Both the position numbers and the translations under genes were made by a program. Shown in pieces: positions 46,301-61,000 of a DNA stretch of 64,000 nt. Source of the DNA: Eledone cirrhosa (taxonomy: Eukaryota); contig OZ024759.1 in the NCBI GenBank assembly GCA_964016885.1, forward strand, positions 310,001 to 374,000. Reading direction: 5' to 3'. The stretch's first letter is position 1; every line of letters begins with the position of its first letter. The notes below the pieces were generated by a model. That model was not told the DNA's origin. It saw only the letters and a list, made by a program, of their open reading frames with translations, and searched no databases.

Positions 46301-49300
46301 GTAGCATGACAAAGTCTATATTAGTAACATGACACAGTCTATATTAGTAACATGACAGTCTATATTAGTAACATGACACAGTCTATATTAGTAACATGAC
46401 AAAGTCTATATTAGTAGCATGACAAAGTCTATATTAGTAACATGACAGTCTATATTAGTAACATGACAAAGTCTATATTAGTAGCATGACAAAGTCTATA
46501 TTAGTAGCATGACACAGTCTATATTAGTAACATGACACAGTCTATATTAGTAACATGACAAAGTCTATATTAGTAGCATGACAAAGTCTATATTAGTAAC
46601 ATGACAAAGTCTATATTAGTAACATGGCACAGTCTATATTAGTAGCATGACAAAGTCTATATTAGTAACATGACAAAGTCTATATTAGTAACATGACACA
46701 GTCTATATTAGTAACATGACAAAGACTATATTAGTAACATGACACAGTCTATATTAGTAACATGACAAAGTCTATATTAGTAACATGACAATCTATATTA
46801 GTAACATGACAGTCTATATTAGTAGCATGACAAAGTCTATATTAGTAACATGACAAAGTCTATATTAGTAACATGACACAGTCTATATTAGTAACATGAC
46901 AGTCTATATTAGTAGCATGACAAAGTCTATATTAGTACCATGACACAGTCTATATTAGTAGCATGACAAAGTCTATATTAGTAACATGACAAAGTCTATA
47001 TTAGTAACATGACACAGTCTATATTAGTAACACGACAAAGTCTATATTAGTAACATGACACAGTCTATATTAGTAGCATGACAAAGTCTATATTAGTAAC
47101 ATGACATAGTCTATATTAGTAACATGACACAGTCTATATTAGTAACATGACACAGTCTATATTAGTAACATGACAAAGTCTATATTAGTAACATGACAAA
47201 GTCTATATTAGTAACATGACAGTCTATATTAGTAACATGACAAAGTCTATATTAGTAACATGACACAGTCTATATTAGTAACATGAACAAGTCTCTATTA
47301 GTAACATGACAAAATCTATATTAGTAACATGACAGTCTATATTAGTAACATGACAAAGTCTCTATTAGTAACATGACAAAGTCTATATTAGTAACATGAC
47401 AGTCTATATAAGTAACATGACAAAGTCTATATTAGTAACATGACAGTCTATATTGTAACATGACACAGTCTATATTAGTAACATGACATAGTCTATATTA
47501 GTAACATGACAAAGTCTATATTAGTAACATGACAGTCTATATTGTAACATGACACAGTCTATATTAGTAACATGACACAGTCTATATTAGTAACATGACA
47601 GTCTATATTAGTAACATGACAAAGTCTATATTAGTAACATGACAAAGTTTATATTAGTAACATGACAAAGTCTATATTAGTAACATGACAAAGTCTATAT
47701 TAGTAGCATGACACAGTCTATATTAGTAACATGACAAAGTCTATGTTAGTAACATGACACAGTATATATTAGTAACATGACACAGTCTATATTAGTAACA
47801 TGACATAGTCTATAATAGTAACATGACAAAGTCTATATTAGTAGCATGACACAGTCTATATTAGTAACATGACACAGTCTATATTAGTAACATGACAGTC
47901 TATATTAGTAACATGACAAAGTCTATATTAGTAGCATGACAAAGTCTATATTAGTAACATGACACAGTCTATATTAGTAACATGACAATCTATATTAGTA
48001 ACATGACACAGTCTATATTAGTAACATGACAAAGTCTATATTAGTAGCATGACAAAGTCTATATTAGTAACATGACAGTCTATATTAGTAACATGACACA
48101 GTCTATATTATTAGCATGACAAAGTCTATATTAGTAGCATGACACAGTCTATATTAGTAACATGACACAATCTATATTAGTAACATGACACAGTCTATAT
48201 TAGTAACATGACAAAGTCTATATTAGTAACATGACAGTCTATATTAGTAACATGACAAAGTCTATATTAGTAGCATGACAAAGTCTATATTAGTAACATG
48301 ACAAAGTCTATATTAGTAACATGACACAGTCTATATTAGTAGCATGACACAGTCTATGTCAGTAACATGACACAGTCTATATTAGTAACATGACACAGTC
48401 TATATTAGTAACATGGCACAGTCTATATTAGTAACATGACAATGTCTATATTAGTAACATGACAAAGTCTATATTAGTAACATGACAAAGTCTATATTAG
48501 TAACATGACACAGTCTATATTAGTAACATGACAATGTCTATATTAGTAACATGACACAGTCTATATTAGTAACATGACACAGTCTATATTAGTAACATGA
48601 CAAAGTCTATATTAGTAGCATGACAAAGGCTATATTAGTAACATGACAAAGTCTATATTAGTAACATGACACAGTCTATAATAGTAACATGACAAAGACT
48701 ATATTAGTAACATGACACAGTCTATATTAGTGACATGACACAGTCTATAGTAGTAGCATGACAGTCTATATTAGTAACATGACAAAGTCTATATTAGTAA
48801 CATGACACAGTCTATATTAGTAACATGACAAAGTCTATTTTAGTAACATGACACAGTCTATATTAGTAACATGACAAAGTCTATATTAGTAACATGACAC
48901 AGTCTATATTAGTAACATGACACAGTCTATATTAGTAACATGACACAGTCTATATTAGTAACATGACAAAGTCTATATTAGTAACATGACAAAGTCTATA
49001 TTAGTAACATGACAGTCTATATTAGTAACATGACAAAATCTATATTAGTAACATGACACAGTCTATATTAGTAACATGAAAAAGTCTCTATTAGTAACAT
49101 GACAAAGCCTATATTAGTAACATGACAGTCTATATTAGTAACATGACAAAGTCTCTATTAGTAACATGACAAAGTCTATATTAGTAACATGACAGTCTAT
49201 ATAAGTAACATGACAAAGTCTATATTAGTAACATGACAGTCTATATTGTAACATGACACAGTCTATATTAGTAACATGACATAGTCTATATTAGTAACAT

Positions 49301-52300
49301 GACAAAGTCTATATTAGTAACATGACAGTCTATATTGTAACATGACACAGTCTATATTAGTAACATGACACAGTCTATATTAGTAACATGACAGTCTATA
49401 TTAGTAACATGACAAAGTCTATATTAGTAACATGACAAAGTCTATATTAGTAACATGACAAAGTCTATATTAGTAACATGACAAAGTCTATATTAGTAGC
49501 ATGACACAGTCTATATTAGTAACATTACAAAGTCTATGTTAGTAACATGACAAAGTCTATATTAGTAGCATGACAAAGTCTATATTAGTAACATGACACA
49601 GTCTATATTAGTAACATGACAAAGTCTATATTAGTAGCATGACAAAGTCTATATTAGTAACATGACAAAGTCTATATTAGTAACATGACAAAGTCTATAT
49701 TAGTAACATGACAGTATATATTAGTAACATGACAGTCCATATTAGTAGCATGACAAAGTCTATATTAGTAACATGACAAAGTCTATATTAGTAACATGAC
49801 ACAGTCTATATTAGTAACATGACACAGTCTATATTAGTAACATGACAGTCTATATTAGTAACATGACACAGTCTATATTAGTAACATGACAAAGTCTATA
49901 TTAGTAACATGACAAAGTCTATATTAGTAATATGACAGTCTATATTAGTAACATGACAAAGTCTATATTAGTAACATGACACAGTCTATATTAGTAACAT
50001 GACAAGGTCTATATTAGTAACATGACACAGTCTATATTAGTAACATGACAAAGTCTATATTAGTAACATGACAGTCTATATTAGTAACATGACAAAGTCT
50101 ATATTAGTAACATGACAAAGTCTATATTAGTAGCATGACAAAGTCTATATTAGTAACATGACAAAGTCTATATTAGTAACATGACAAAGTCTATATTAGT
50201 AACATGACAAGGTCTATATTAGTAACATGACAAAGTCTATATTAGTAACATGACAGTCCATATTAGTAACATGACAAAGTCTATATTAGTAACATGACAA
50301 AGTCTATATTAGTAACATGACAAAGTCTATATTAGTAGCATGACAAAGTCTATATTAGTAACATGACAAAGTCTATATTAGTAACATGACACAGTCTATA
50401 TTAGTAACATGTCAAAGTCTATATTAGTAACATGACAAAGTCTATATTAGTAACATGACAAAGTCTATATTAGTAACATGACACTGTCTATATTAGTAAC
50501 TTGACAAAGTCTATATTAGTAACATGACACAGTCTATATTAGTAACATGACAAAGTCTATATTAGTAACATGACACTGTCTATATTAGTAACTTGACAAA
50601 GTCTATATTAGTAACATGTCAAAGTCTATATTAGTAACATGACAAAGTCTATATTAGTAACATGACAAAGTCTATATTAGTAACATGACACTGTCTATAT
50701 TAGTAACTTGACAAAGTCTATATTAGTAACATGACACAGTCTATATTAGTAACATGACAAAGTCTATATTAGTAACATGACACTGTCTATATTAGTAACT
50801 TGACAAAGTCTATATTAGTAACATGACAAAGTCTATATTAGTAACATGACAAAGTCTATATTAGTAATATGACAGTCTATATTAGTAACATGACAAAGTC
50901 TATATTAGTAACATGACACAGTCTATATTAGTAACATGACAAGGTCTATATTAGTAACATGACACAGTCTATATTAGTAACATGACAAAGTCTATATTAG
51001 TAACATGACAGTCTATATTAGTAACATGACAAAGTCTATATTAGTAACATGACAAAGTCTATATTAGTAGCATGACAAAGTCTATATTAGTAACATGACA
51101 AAGTCTATATTAGTAACATGACAAAGTCTATATTAGTAACATGACAAGGTCTATATTAGTAACATGACACAGTCTATATTAGTAACATGACAAAGTCTAT
51201 ATTAGTAACATGACAGTCCATATTAGTAACATGACAAAGTCTATATTAGTAACATGACAAAGTCTATATTAGTAACATGACAAAGTCTATATTAGTAGCA
51301 TGACAAAGTCTATATTAGTAACATGACAAAGTCTATATTAGTAACATGACACAGTCTATATTAGTAACATGTCAAAGTCTATATTAGTAACATGACAAAG
51401 TCTATATTAGTAACATGACAAAGTCTATATTAGTAACATGACACTGTCTATATTAGTAACTTGACAAAGTCTATATTAGTAACATGACACAGTCTATATT
51501 AGTAACATGACAAAGTCTATATTAGTAACATGACACTGTCTATATTAGTTACTTGACAAAGTCTATATTAGTAACATGACAAAGTCTATATTAGTAACAT
51601 GACACTGTCTATATTACTAACATGACACAGTCTATATTAGTAACATGACACAGTCTATATTAGTAACATGACAAAGTCTATATTAGTAACATGACACAGT
51701 CTATATTAGTAACATGGCAAAGTCTATATTAGTAACATGACAAAGTCTATATTAGTAACATGACAAGGTCTATATTAGTAACATGACACAGTCTATATTA
51801 GTAACATGACAAAGTCTATATTAGTAACATGACAGTCTATATTAGTAACATGACAAAGTCTATATTAGTAACATGACAAAGTCTATATTAGTAACATGAC
51901 AGTCTATATTAGTAACATGACACAGTCTATATTAGTAACATGACACAGTCTATATTAGTAACATGACAAAGTCTATATTAGTAACATGACACAGTCTATA
52001 TTATTAACATGACAAAGTCTATATTAGTAACATGACACAGTCTATATTAGTAACATGACAAAGTCTCTATTAGTAACATGACAAAGTCTATATTAGTAAC
52101 ATGACAGTCTATATTAGTAACATGACAAAGTCTATATTAGAAACATGACAAAGTCTATATTAGTAACATGACAAAGTCTATATTAGTAACATGACAAAGT
52201 CTATATTAGTAACATGACACAGTCTATATTAGTAACATGACAAAGTCTATATTAGTAGCATGACAAAGTCTATATTAGTAACATGACAAAGTCTATATTA

Positions 52301-55300
52301 GTAACATGACACAGTCTATATTAGTAACATGACAAAGTCTATATTAGTAACATGACAGTCTATATTAGTAACATGACAGTCTATATTATTAGCATGACAA
52401 AGTCTATATTAGTAACATGACACAGTCTATATTAGTAACATGACACAGTCTATATTAGTAACATGACAAAGTCTATATTAGTAGCATGACAAAGTCTATA
52501 TTAGTAACATGACACAGTCTATATTAGTAACATGACAAAGTCTATATTAGTAGCATGACAAAGTCTATATTAGTAACATGACAAAGTCTATATTAGTAAC
52601 ATGACAAAGTCTATATTAGTAACATGACAGTATATATTAGTAACATGACAGTCCATATTAGTAGCATGACAAAGTCTATATTAGTAACATGACAAAGTCT
52701 ATATTAGTAACATGACACAGGCTATATTAGTAACATGACACAGTCTATATTAGTAACATGACACAGTCTATATTAGTAACATGACACAGTCTATATTAGT
52801 AACGTGACAAAGTCTATATTAGTAACATGACAAAGTCTATATTAGTAACATGACAGTCTATATTAGTAACATGACAAAGTCTATATTAGTAACATGACAC
52901 AGTCTATATTAGTAACATGACAAAGTCTCTATTAGTAACATGACAAAGTCTATATTAGTAACATGACAGTCTATATTAGTAACATGACAAAGTCTCTATT
53001 AGTAACATGACAAAGTCTATATTATTAACATGACAGTCTATATTAGTAACATGACAAAGTCTATATTAGTAACATGACAGTCTATATTGTAACATGACAC
53101 AGTCTATATTAGTAACATGACACAGTCTATATTAGTAACATGACAAAGTCTCTATTAGTAACATGACAAAGTCTATATTAGTAACATGACAGTCTATATT
53201 AGTAACATGACAAAGTCTCTATTAGTAACATGACAAAGTCTATATTATTAACATGACAGTCTATATTAGTAACATGACAAAGTCTATATTAGTAACAAGA
53301 CAGTCTATATTGTAACATGACACAGTCTATATTAGTAACATGACACAGTCTATATTAGTAACATGACAGTCTATATTAGTAACATGACAAAGTCTATATT
53401 AGTAACATGACAAAGTCTATATTAGTAACATGACAAAGTCTATATTAGTAACATGACAAAGTCTATATTAGTAGCATGACACAGTCTATATTAGTAACAT
53501 GACAAAGTCTATATTAGTAACATGACACAGTCTATATTAGTAACATGACAAAGTCTATATTAGTAACATGACACAGTCTATATTAGTAACATGACATAGT
53601 CTATATTAGTAACATGACAAAGTCTATATTAGTAGCATGACACAGTCTATATTAGTAACATGACACAGTCTATATTAGTAACATGACAGTCTATATTAGT
53701 AACATGACAAAGTCTATATTAGTAGCATGACAAAGTCTATATTAGTAACATGACACAGTCTATATTAGTAACATGACAGTCTATATTAGTAACATGACAC
53801 AGTCTATATTAGTAACATGACAAAGTCTATATTAGTAGCATGACAAAGTCTATATTAGTAACATGACAGTCTATATTAGTAACATGACAAAGTCTATATT
53901 AGTAGCATGACAAAGTCTATATTAGTAGCATGACACAGTCTATATTAGTAACATGACACAGTCTATATTAGTAACATGACAAAGTCTATATTAGTAGCAT
54001 GACAAAGTCTATATTAGTAACATGACAAAGTCTATATTAGTAACATGGCACAGTCTATATTAGTAGCATGACAAAGTCTATATTAGTAACATGACAAAGT
54101 CTATATTAGTAACATGACACAGTCTATATTAGTAACATGACAAAGACTATATTAGTAACATGACACAGTCTATATTAGTAACATGACAAAGTCTATATTA
54201 GTAACATGACAATCTATATTAGTAACATGACAGTCTATATTAGTAGCATGACAAAGTCTATATTAGTAACATGACAAAGTCTATATTAGTAACATGACAC
54301 AGTCTATATTAGTAACATGACAGTCTATATTAGTAGCATGACAAAGTCTATATTAGTACCATGACACAGTCTATATTAGTAGCATGACAAAGTCTATATT
54401 AGTAACATGACAAAGTCTATATTAGTAACATGACACAGTCTATATTAGTAACACGACAAAGTCTATATTAGTAACATGACACAGTCTATATTAGTAGCAT
54501 GACAAAGTCTATATTAGTAACATGACATAGTCTATATTAGTAACATGACACAGTCTATATTAGTAACATGACACAGTCTATATTAGTAACATGACAAAGT
54601 CTATATTAGTAACATGACAAAGTCTATATTAGTAACATGACAGTCTATATTAGTAACATGACAAAGTCTATATTAGTAACATGACACAGTCTATATTAGT
54701 AACATGAACAAGTCTCTATTAGTAACATGACAAAATCTATATTAGTAACATGACAGTCTATATTAGTAACATGACAAAGTCTCTATTAGTAACATGACAA
54801 AGTCTATATTAGTAACATGACAGTCTATATAAGTAACATGACAAAGTCTATATTAGTAACATGACAGTCTATATTGTAACATGACACAGTCTATATTAGT
54901 AACATGACATAGTCTATATTAGTAACATGACAAAGTCTATATTAGTAACATGACAGTCTATATTGTAACATGACACAGTCTATATTAGTAACATGACACA
55001 GTCTATATTAGTAACATGACAGTCTATATTAGTAACATGACAAAGTCTATATTAGTAACATGACAAAGTTTATATTAGTAACATGACAAAGTCTATATTA
55101 GTAACATGACAAAGTCTATATTAGTAGCATGACACAGTCTATATTAGTAACATGACAAAGTCTATGTTAGTAACATGACACAGTATATATTAGTAACATG
55201 ACACAGTCTATATTAGTAACATGACATAGTCTATAATAGTAACATGACAAAGTCTATATTAGTAGCATGACACAGTCTATATTAGTAACATGACACAGTC

Positions 55301-58040
55301 TATATTAGTAACATGACAGTCTATATTAGTAACATGACAAAGTCTATATTAGTAGCATGACAAAGTCTATATTAGTAACATGACACAGTCTATATTAGTA
55401 ACATGACAATCTATATTAGTAACATGACACAGTCTATATTAGTAACATGACAAAGTCTATATTAGTAGCATGACAAAGTCTATATTAGTAACATGACAGT
55501 CTATATTAGTAACATGACACAGTCTATATTATTAGCATGACAAAGTCTATATTAGTAGCATGACACAGTCTATATTAGTAACATGACACAATCTATATTA
55601 GTAACATGACACAGTCTATATTAGTAACATGACAAAGTCTATATTAGTAACATGACAGTCTATATAGTAACATGACAAAGTCTATATTAGTAGCATGACA
55701 AAGTCTATATTAGTAACATGACAAAGTCTATATTAGTAACATGACCACAGTCTATATTAGTAGCATGACACAGTCTATGTCAGTAACATGACACAGTCTA
55801 TATTAGTAACATGACACAGTCTATATTAGTAACATGGCACAGTCTATATTAGTAACATGACAATGTCTATATTAGTAACATGACAAAGTCTATATTAGTA
55901 ACATGACAAAGTCTATATTAGTAACATGACACAGTCTATATTAGTAACATGACAATGTCTATATTAGTAACATGACACAGTCTATATTAGTAACATGACA
56001 CAGTCTATATTAGTAACATGACAAAGTCTATATTAGTAGCATGACAAAGGCTATATTAGTAACATGACAAAGTCTATATTAGTAACATGACACAGTCTAT
56101 AATAGTAACATGACAAAGACTATATTAGTAACATGACACAGTCTATATTAGTGACATGACACAGTCTATAGTAGTAGCATGACAGTCTATATTAGTAACA
56201 TGACAAAGTCTATATTAGTAACATGACACAGTCTATATTAGTAACATGACAAAGTCTATTTTAGTAACATGACACAGTCTATATTAGTAACATGACAAAG
56301 TCTATATTAGTAACATGACACAGTCTATATTAGTAACATGACACAGTCTATATTAGTAACATGACACAGTCTATATTAGTAACATGACAAAGTCTATATT
56401 AGTAACATGACAAAGTCTATATTAGTAACATGACAGTCTATATTAGTAACATGACAAAATCTATATTAGTAACATGACACAGTCTATATTAGTAACATGA
56501 AAAAGTCTCTATTAGTAACATGACAAAGCCTATATTAGTAACATGACAGTCTATATTAGTAACATGACAAAGTCTCTATTAGTAACATGACAAAGTCTAT
56601 ATTAGTAACATGACAGTCTATATAAGTAACATGACAAAGTCTATATTAGTAACATGACAGTCTATATTGTAACATGACACAGTCTATATTAGTAACATGA
56701 CATAGTCTATATTAGTAACATGACAAAGTCTATATTAGTAACATGACAGTCTATATTGTAACATGACACAGTCTATATTAGTAACATGACACAGTCTATA
56801 TTAGTAACATGACAGTCTATATTAGTAACATGACAAAGTCTATATTAGTAACATGACAAAGTCTATATTAGTAACATGACAAAGTCTATATTAGTAACAT
56901 GACAAAGTCTATATTAGTAGCATGACACAGTCTATATTAGTAACATTACAAAGTCTATGTTAGTAACATGACAAAGTCTATATTAGTAGCATGACAAAGT
57001 CTATATTAGTAACATGACACAGTCTATATTAGTAACATGACAAAGTCTATATTAGTAGCATGACAAAGTCTATATTAGTAACATGACAAAGTCTATATTA
57101 GTAACATGACAAAGTCTATATTAGTAACATGACAGTATATATTAGTAACATGACAGTCCATATTAGTAGCATGACAAAGTCTATATTAGTAACATGACAA
57201 AGTCTATATTAGTAACATGACACAGTCTATATTAGTAACATGACACAGTCTATATTAGTAACATGACAGTCTATATTAGTAACATGACACAGTCTATATT
57301 AGTAACATGACAAAGTCTATATTAGTAACATGACAAAGTCTATATTAGTAATATGACAGTCTATATTAGTAACATGACAAAGTCTATATTAGTAACATGA
57401 CACAGTCTATATTAGTAACATGACAAGGTCTATATTAGTAACATGACACAGTCTATATTAGTAACATGACAAAGTCTATATTAGTAACATGACAGTCTAT
57501 ATTAGTAACATGACAAAGTCTATATTAGTAACATGACAAAGTCTATATTAGTAGCATGACAAAGTCTATATTAGTAACATGACAAAGTCTATATTAGTAA
57601 CATGACAAAGTCTATATTAGTAACATGACAAGGTCTATATTAGTAACATGACAAAGTCTATATTAGTAACATGACAGTCCATATTAGTAACATGACAAAG
57701 TCTATATTAGTAACATGACAAAGTCTATATTAGTAACATGACAAAGTCTATATTAGTAGCATGACAAAGTCTATATTAGTAACATGACAAAGTCTATATT
57801 AGTAACATGACACAGTCTATATTAGTAACATGTCAAAGTCTATATTAGTAACATGACAAAGTCTATATTAGTAACATGACAAAGTCTATATTAGTAACAT
57901 GACACTGTCTATATTAGTAACTTGACAAAGTCTATATTAGTAACATGACACAGTCTATATTAGTAACATGACAAAGTCTATATTAGTAACATGACACTGT
58001 CTATATTAGTAACTTGACAAAGTCTATATTAGTAACATGA
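43400..58040. repeat. Near-perfect 7421-bp duplication (about 43400-50618 vs about 50820-58039)
   Basis: TAATATGAC 43447/50868, AGTTACTTG 44129/51550, ACAGGCTA 45300/52721, ATGAACAAG 47287/54708, CTATGTCAG 48358/55779. Confidence 0.92.
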
Positions 58041-61000
58041 CAAAGTCTATATTAGTAACATGACACTGTCTATATTACTAACATGACACAGTCTATATTA
58101 GTAACATGACACAGTCTATATTAGTAACATGACAAAGTCTATATTAGCAACATGACAGTCTATATTATTAACATGACAAAGTCTATATTAGTAACATGAC
58201 AAAGTCTATATTAGTAACATGACAGTCTATATTAGTAACATGACACAGTCTATATTAGTAACATGACACAGTGTATATTAGTAACATGACAAAGTCTATA
58301 TTAGTAACATGACACAGTCTATATCATTAACATGACAAAGTCTATATTAGTAACATGACACAGTCTATATTAGTAACATGACAAAGTCTATATTAGTAAC
58401 ATGACACAGTCTATATTAGTAACATGACAAAGTCTATATTAGTAGCATGACAAAGTCTATATTAGTAACATGACAAAGTCTATATTAGTAACATGACACA
58501 GTCTATATTAGTAACATGACAAAGTCTATATTAGTAACATGACACAGTCTATATTAGTAACATGACATAGTCTATATTAGTAACATGACAAAGTCTATAT
58601 TAGTAGCATGACACAGTCTATATTAGTAACATGACACAGTCTATATTAGTAACATGACAGTCTATATTAGTAACATGACAAAGTCTATATTAGTAGCATG
58701 ACAAAGTCTATATTAGTAACATGACACAGTCTATATTAGTAACATGACAGTCTATATTAGTAACATGACACAGTCTATATTAGTAACATGACAAAGTCTA
58801 TATTAGTAGCATGACAAAGTCTATATTAGTAACATGACAGTCTATATTAGTAACATGACAAAGTCTATATTAGTAGCATGACAGAGTCTATATTAGTAGC
58901 ATGACACAGTCTATATTAGTAACATGACACAGTCTATATTAGTAACATGACAAAGTCTATATTAGTAGCATGACAAAGTCTATATTAGTAACATGACAAA
59001 GTCTATATTAGTAACATGGCACAGTCTATATTAGTAGCATGACAAAGTCTATATTAGTAACATGACAAAGTCTATATTAGTAACATGACACAGTCTATAT
59101 TAGTAACATGACAAAGACTATATTAGTAACATGACACAGTCTATATTAGTAACATGACAAAGTCTATATTAGTAACATGACAATCTATATTAGTAACATG
59201 ACAGTCTATATTAGTAGCATGACAAAGTCTATATTAGTAACATGACAAAGTCTATATTAGTAACATGACACAGTCTATATTAGTAACATGACAGTCTATA
59301 TTAGTAGCATGACAAAGTCTATATTAGTACCATGACACAGTCTATATTAGTAGCATGACAAAGTCTATATTAGTAACATGACAAAGTCTATATTAGTAAC
59401 ATGACACAGTCTATATTAGTAACACGACAAAGTCTATATTAGTAACATGACACAGTCTATATTAGTAGCATGACAAAGTCTATATTAGTAACATGACATA
59501 GTCTATATTAGTAACATGACACAGTCTATATTAGTAACATGACACAGTCTATATTAGTAACATGACAAAGTCTATATTAGTAACATGACAAAGTCTATAT
59601 TAGTAACATGACAGTCTATATTAGTAACATGACAAAGTCTATATTAGTAACATGACACAGTCTATATTAGTAACATGAACAAGTCTCTATTAGTAACATG
59701 ACAAAATCTATATTAGTAACATGACAGTCTATATTAGTAACATGACAAAGTCTCTATTAGTAACATGACAAAGTCTATATTAGTAACATGACAGTCTATA
59801 TAAGTAACATGACAAAGTCTATATTAGTAACATGACAGTCTATATTGTAACATGACACAGTCTATATTAGTAACATGACATAGTCTATATTAGTAACATG
59901 ACAAAGTCTATATTAGTAACATGACAGTCTATATTGTAACATGACACAGTCTATATTAGTAACATGACACAGTCTATATTAGTAACATGACAGTCTATAT
60001 TAGTAACATGACAAAGTCTATATTAGTAACATGACAAAGTTTATATTAGTAACATGACAAAGTCTATATTAGTAACATGACAAAGTCTATATTAGTAGCA
60101 TGACACAGTCTATATTAGTAACATGACAAAGTCTATGTTAGTAACATGACACAGTATATATTAGTAACATGACACAGTCTATATTAGTAACATGACATAG
60201 TCTATAATAGTAACATGACAAAGTCTATATTAGTAGCATGACACAGTCTATATTAGTGACATGACACAGTCTATATTAGTAACATGACAGTCTATATTAG
60301 TAACATGACAAAGTCTATATTAGTAGCATGACAAAGTCTATATTAGTAACATGACACAGTCTATATTAGTAACAAGACAATCTATATTAGTAACATGACA
60401 CAGTCTATATTAGTAACATGACAAAGTCTATATTAGTAGCATGACAAAGTCTATATTAGTAACATGACAGTCTATATTAGTAACATGACACAGTCTATAT
60501 TAGTAACATGTCAAAGTCTATATTAGTAACATGACAAAGTCTATATTAGTAACATGACACAATCTATATTAGTAACATGACACAGTCTATATTAGTAACA
60601 TGACAAAGTCTATATTAGTAACATGACAGTCTATATTAGTAACATGACAAAGTCTATATTAGTAGCATGACAAAGTCTATATTAGTAACATGACAAAGTC
60701 TATATTAGTAACATGACACAGTCTATATTAGTAGCATGACACAGTCTATGTCAGTAACATGACACAGTCTATATTAGTAACATGACACAGTCTATATTAG
60801 TAACATGGCACAGTCTATATTAGTAACATGACAATGTCTATATTAGTAACATGACAAAGTCTATATTAGTAACATGACAAAGTCTATATTAGTAACATGA
60901 CACAGTCTATATTAGTAACATGACAATGTCTATATTAGTAACATGACACAGTCTATATTAGTAACATGACACAGTCTATATTAGTAACATGACAAAGTCT

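Noticed and set aside
55655-55750. Two nearby single-base indels (TATATAGTAA at about 55661; ATGACCACAG at about 55741) unique to the middle copy
   Set aside because: They are absent from the sister copies at -7421 and +4971 and are homopolymer-length changes. They are most likely consensus sequencing errors rather than biology.
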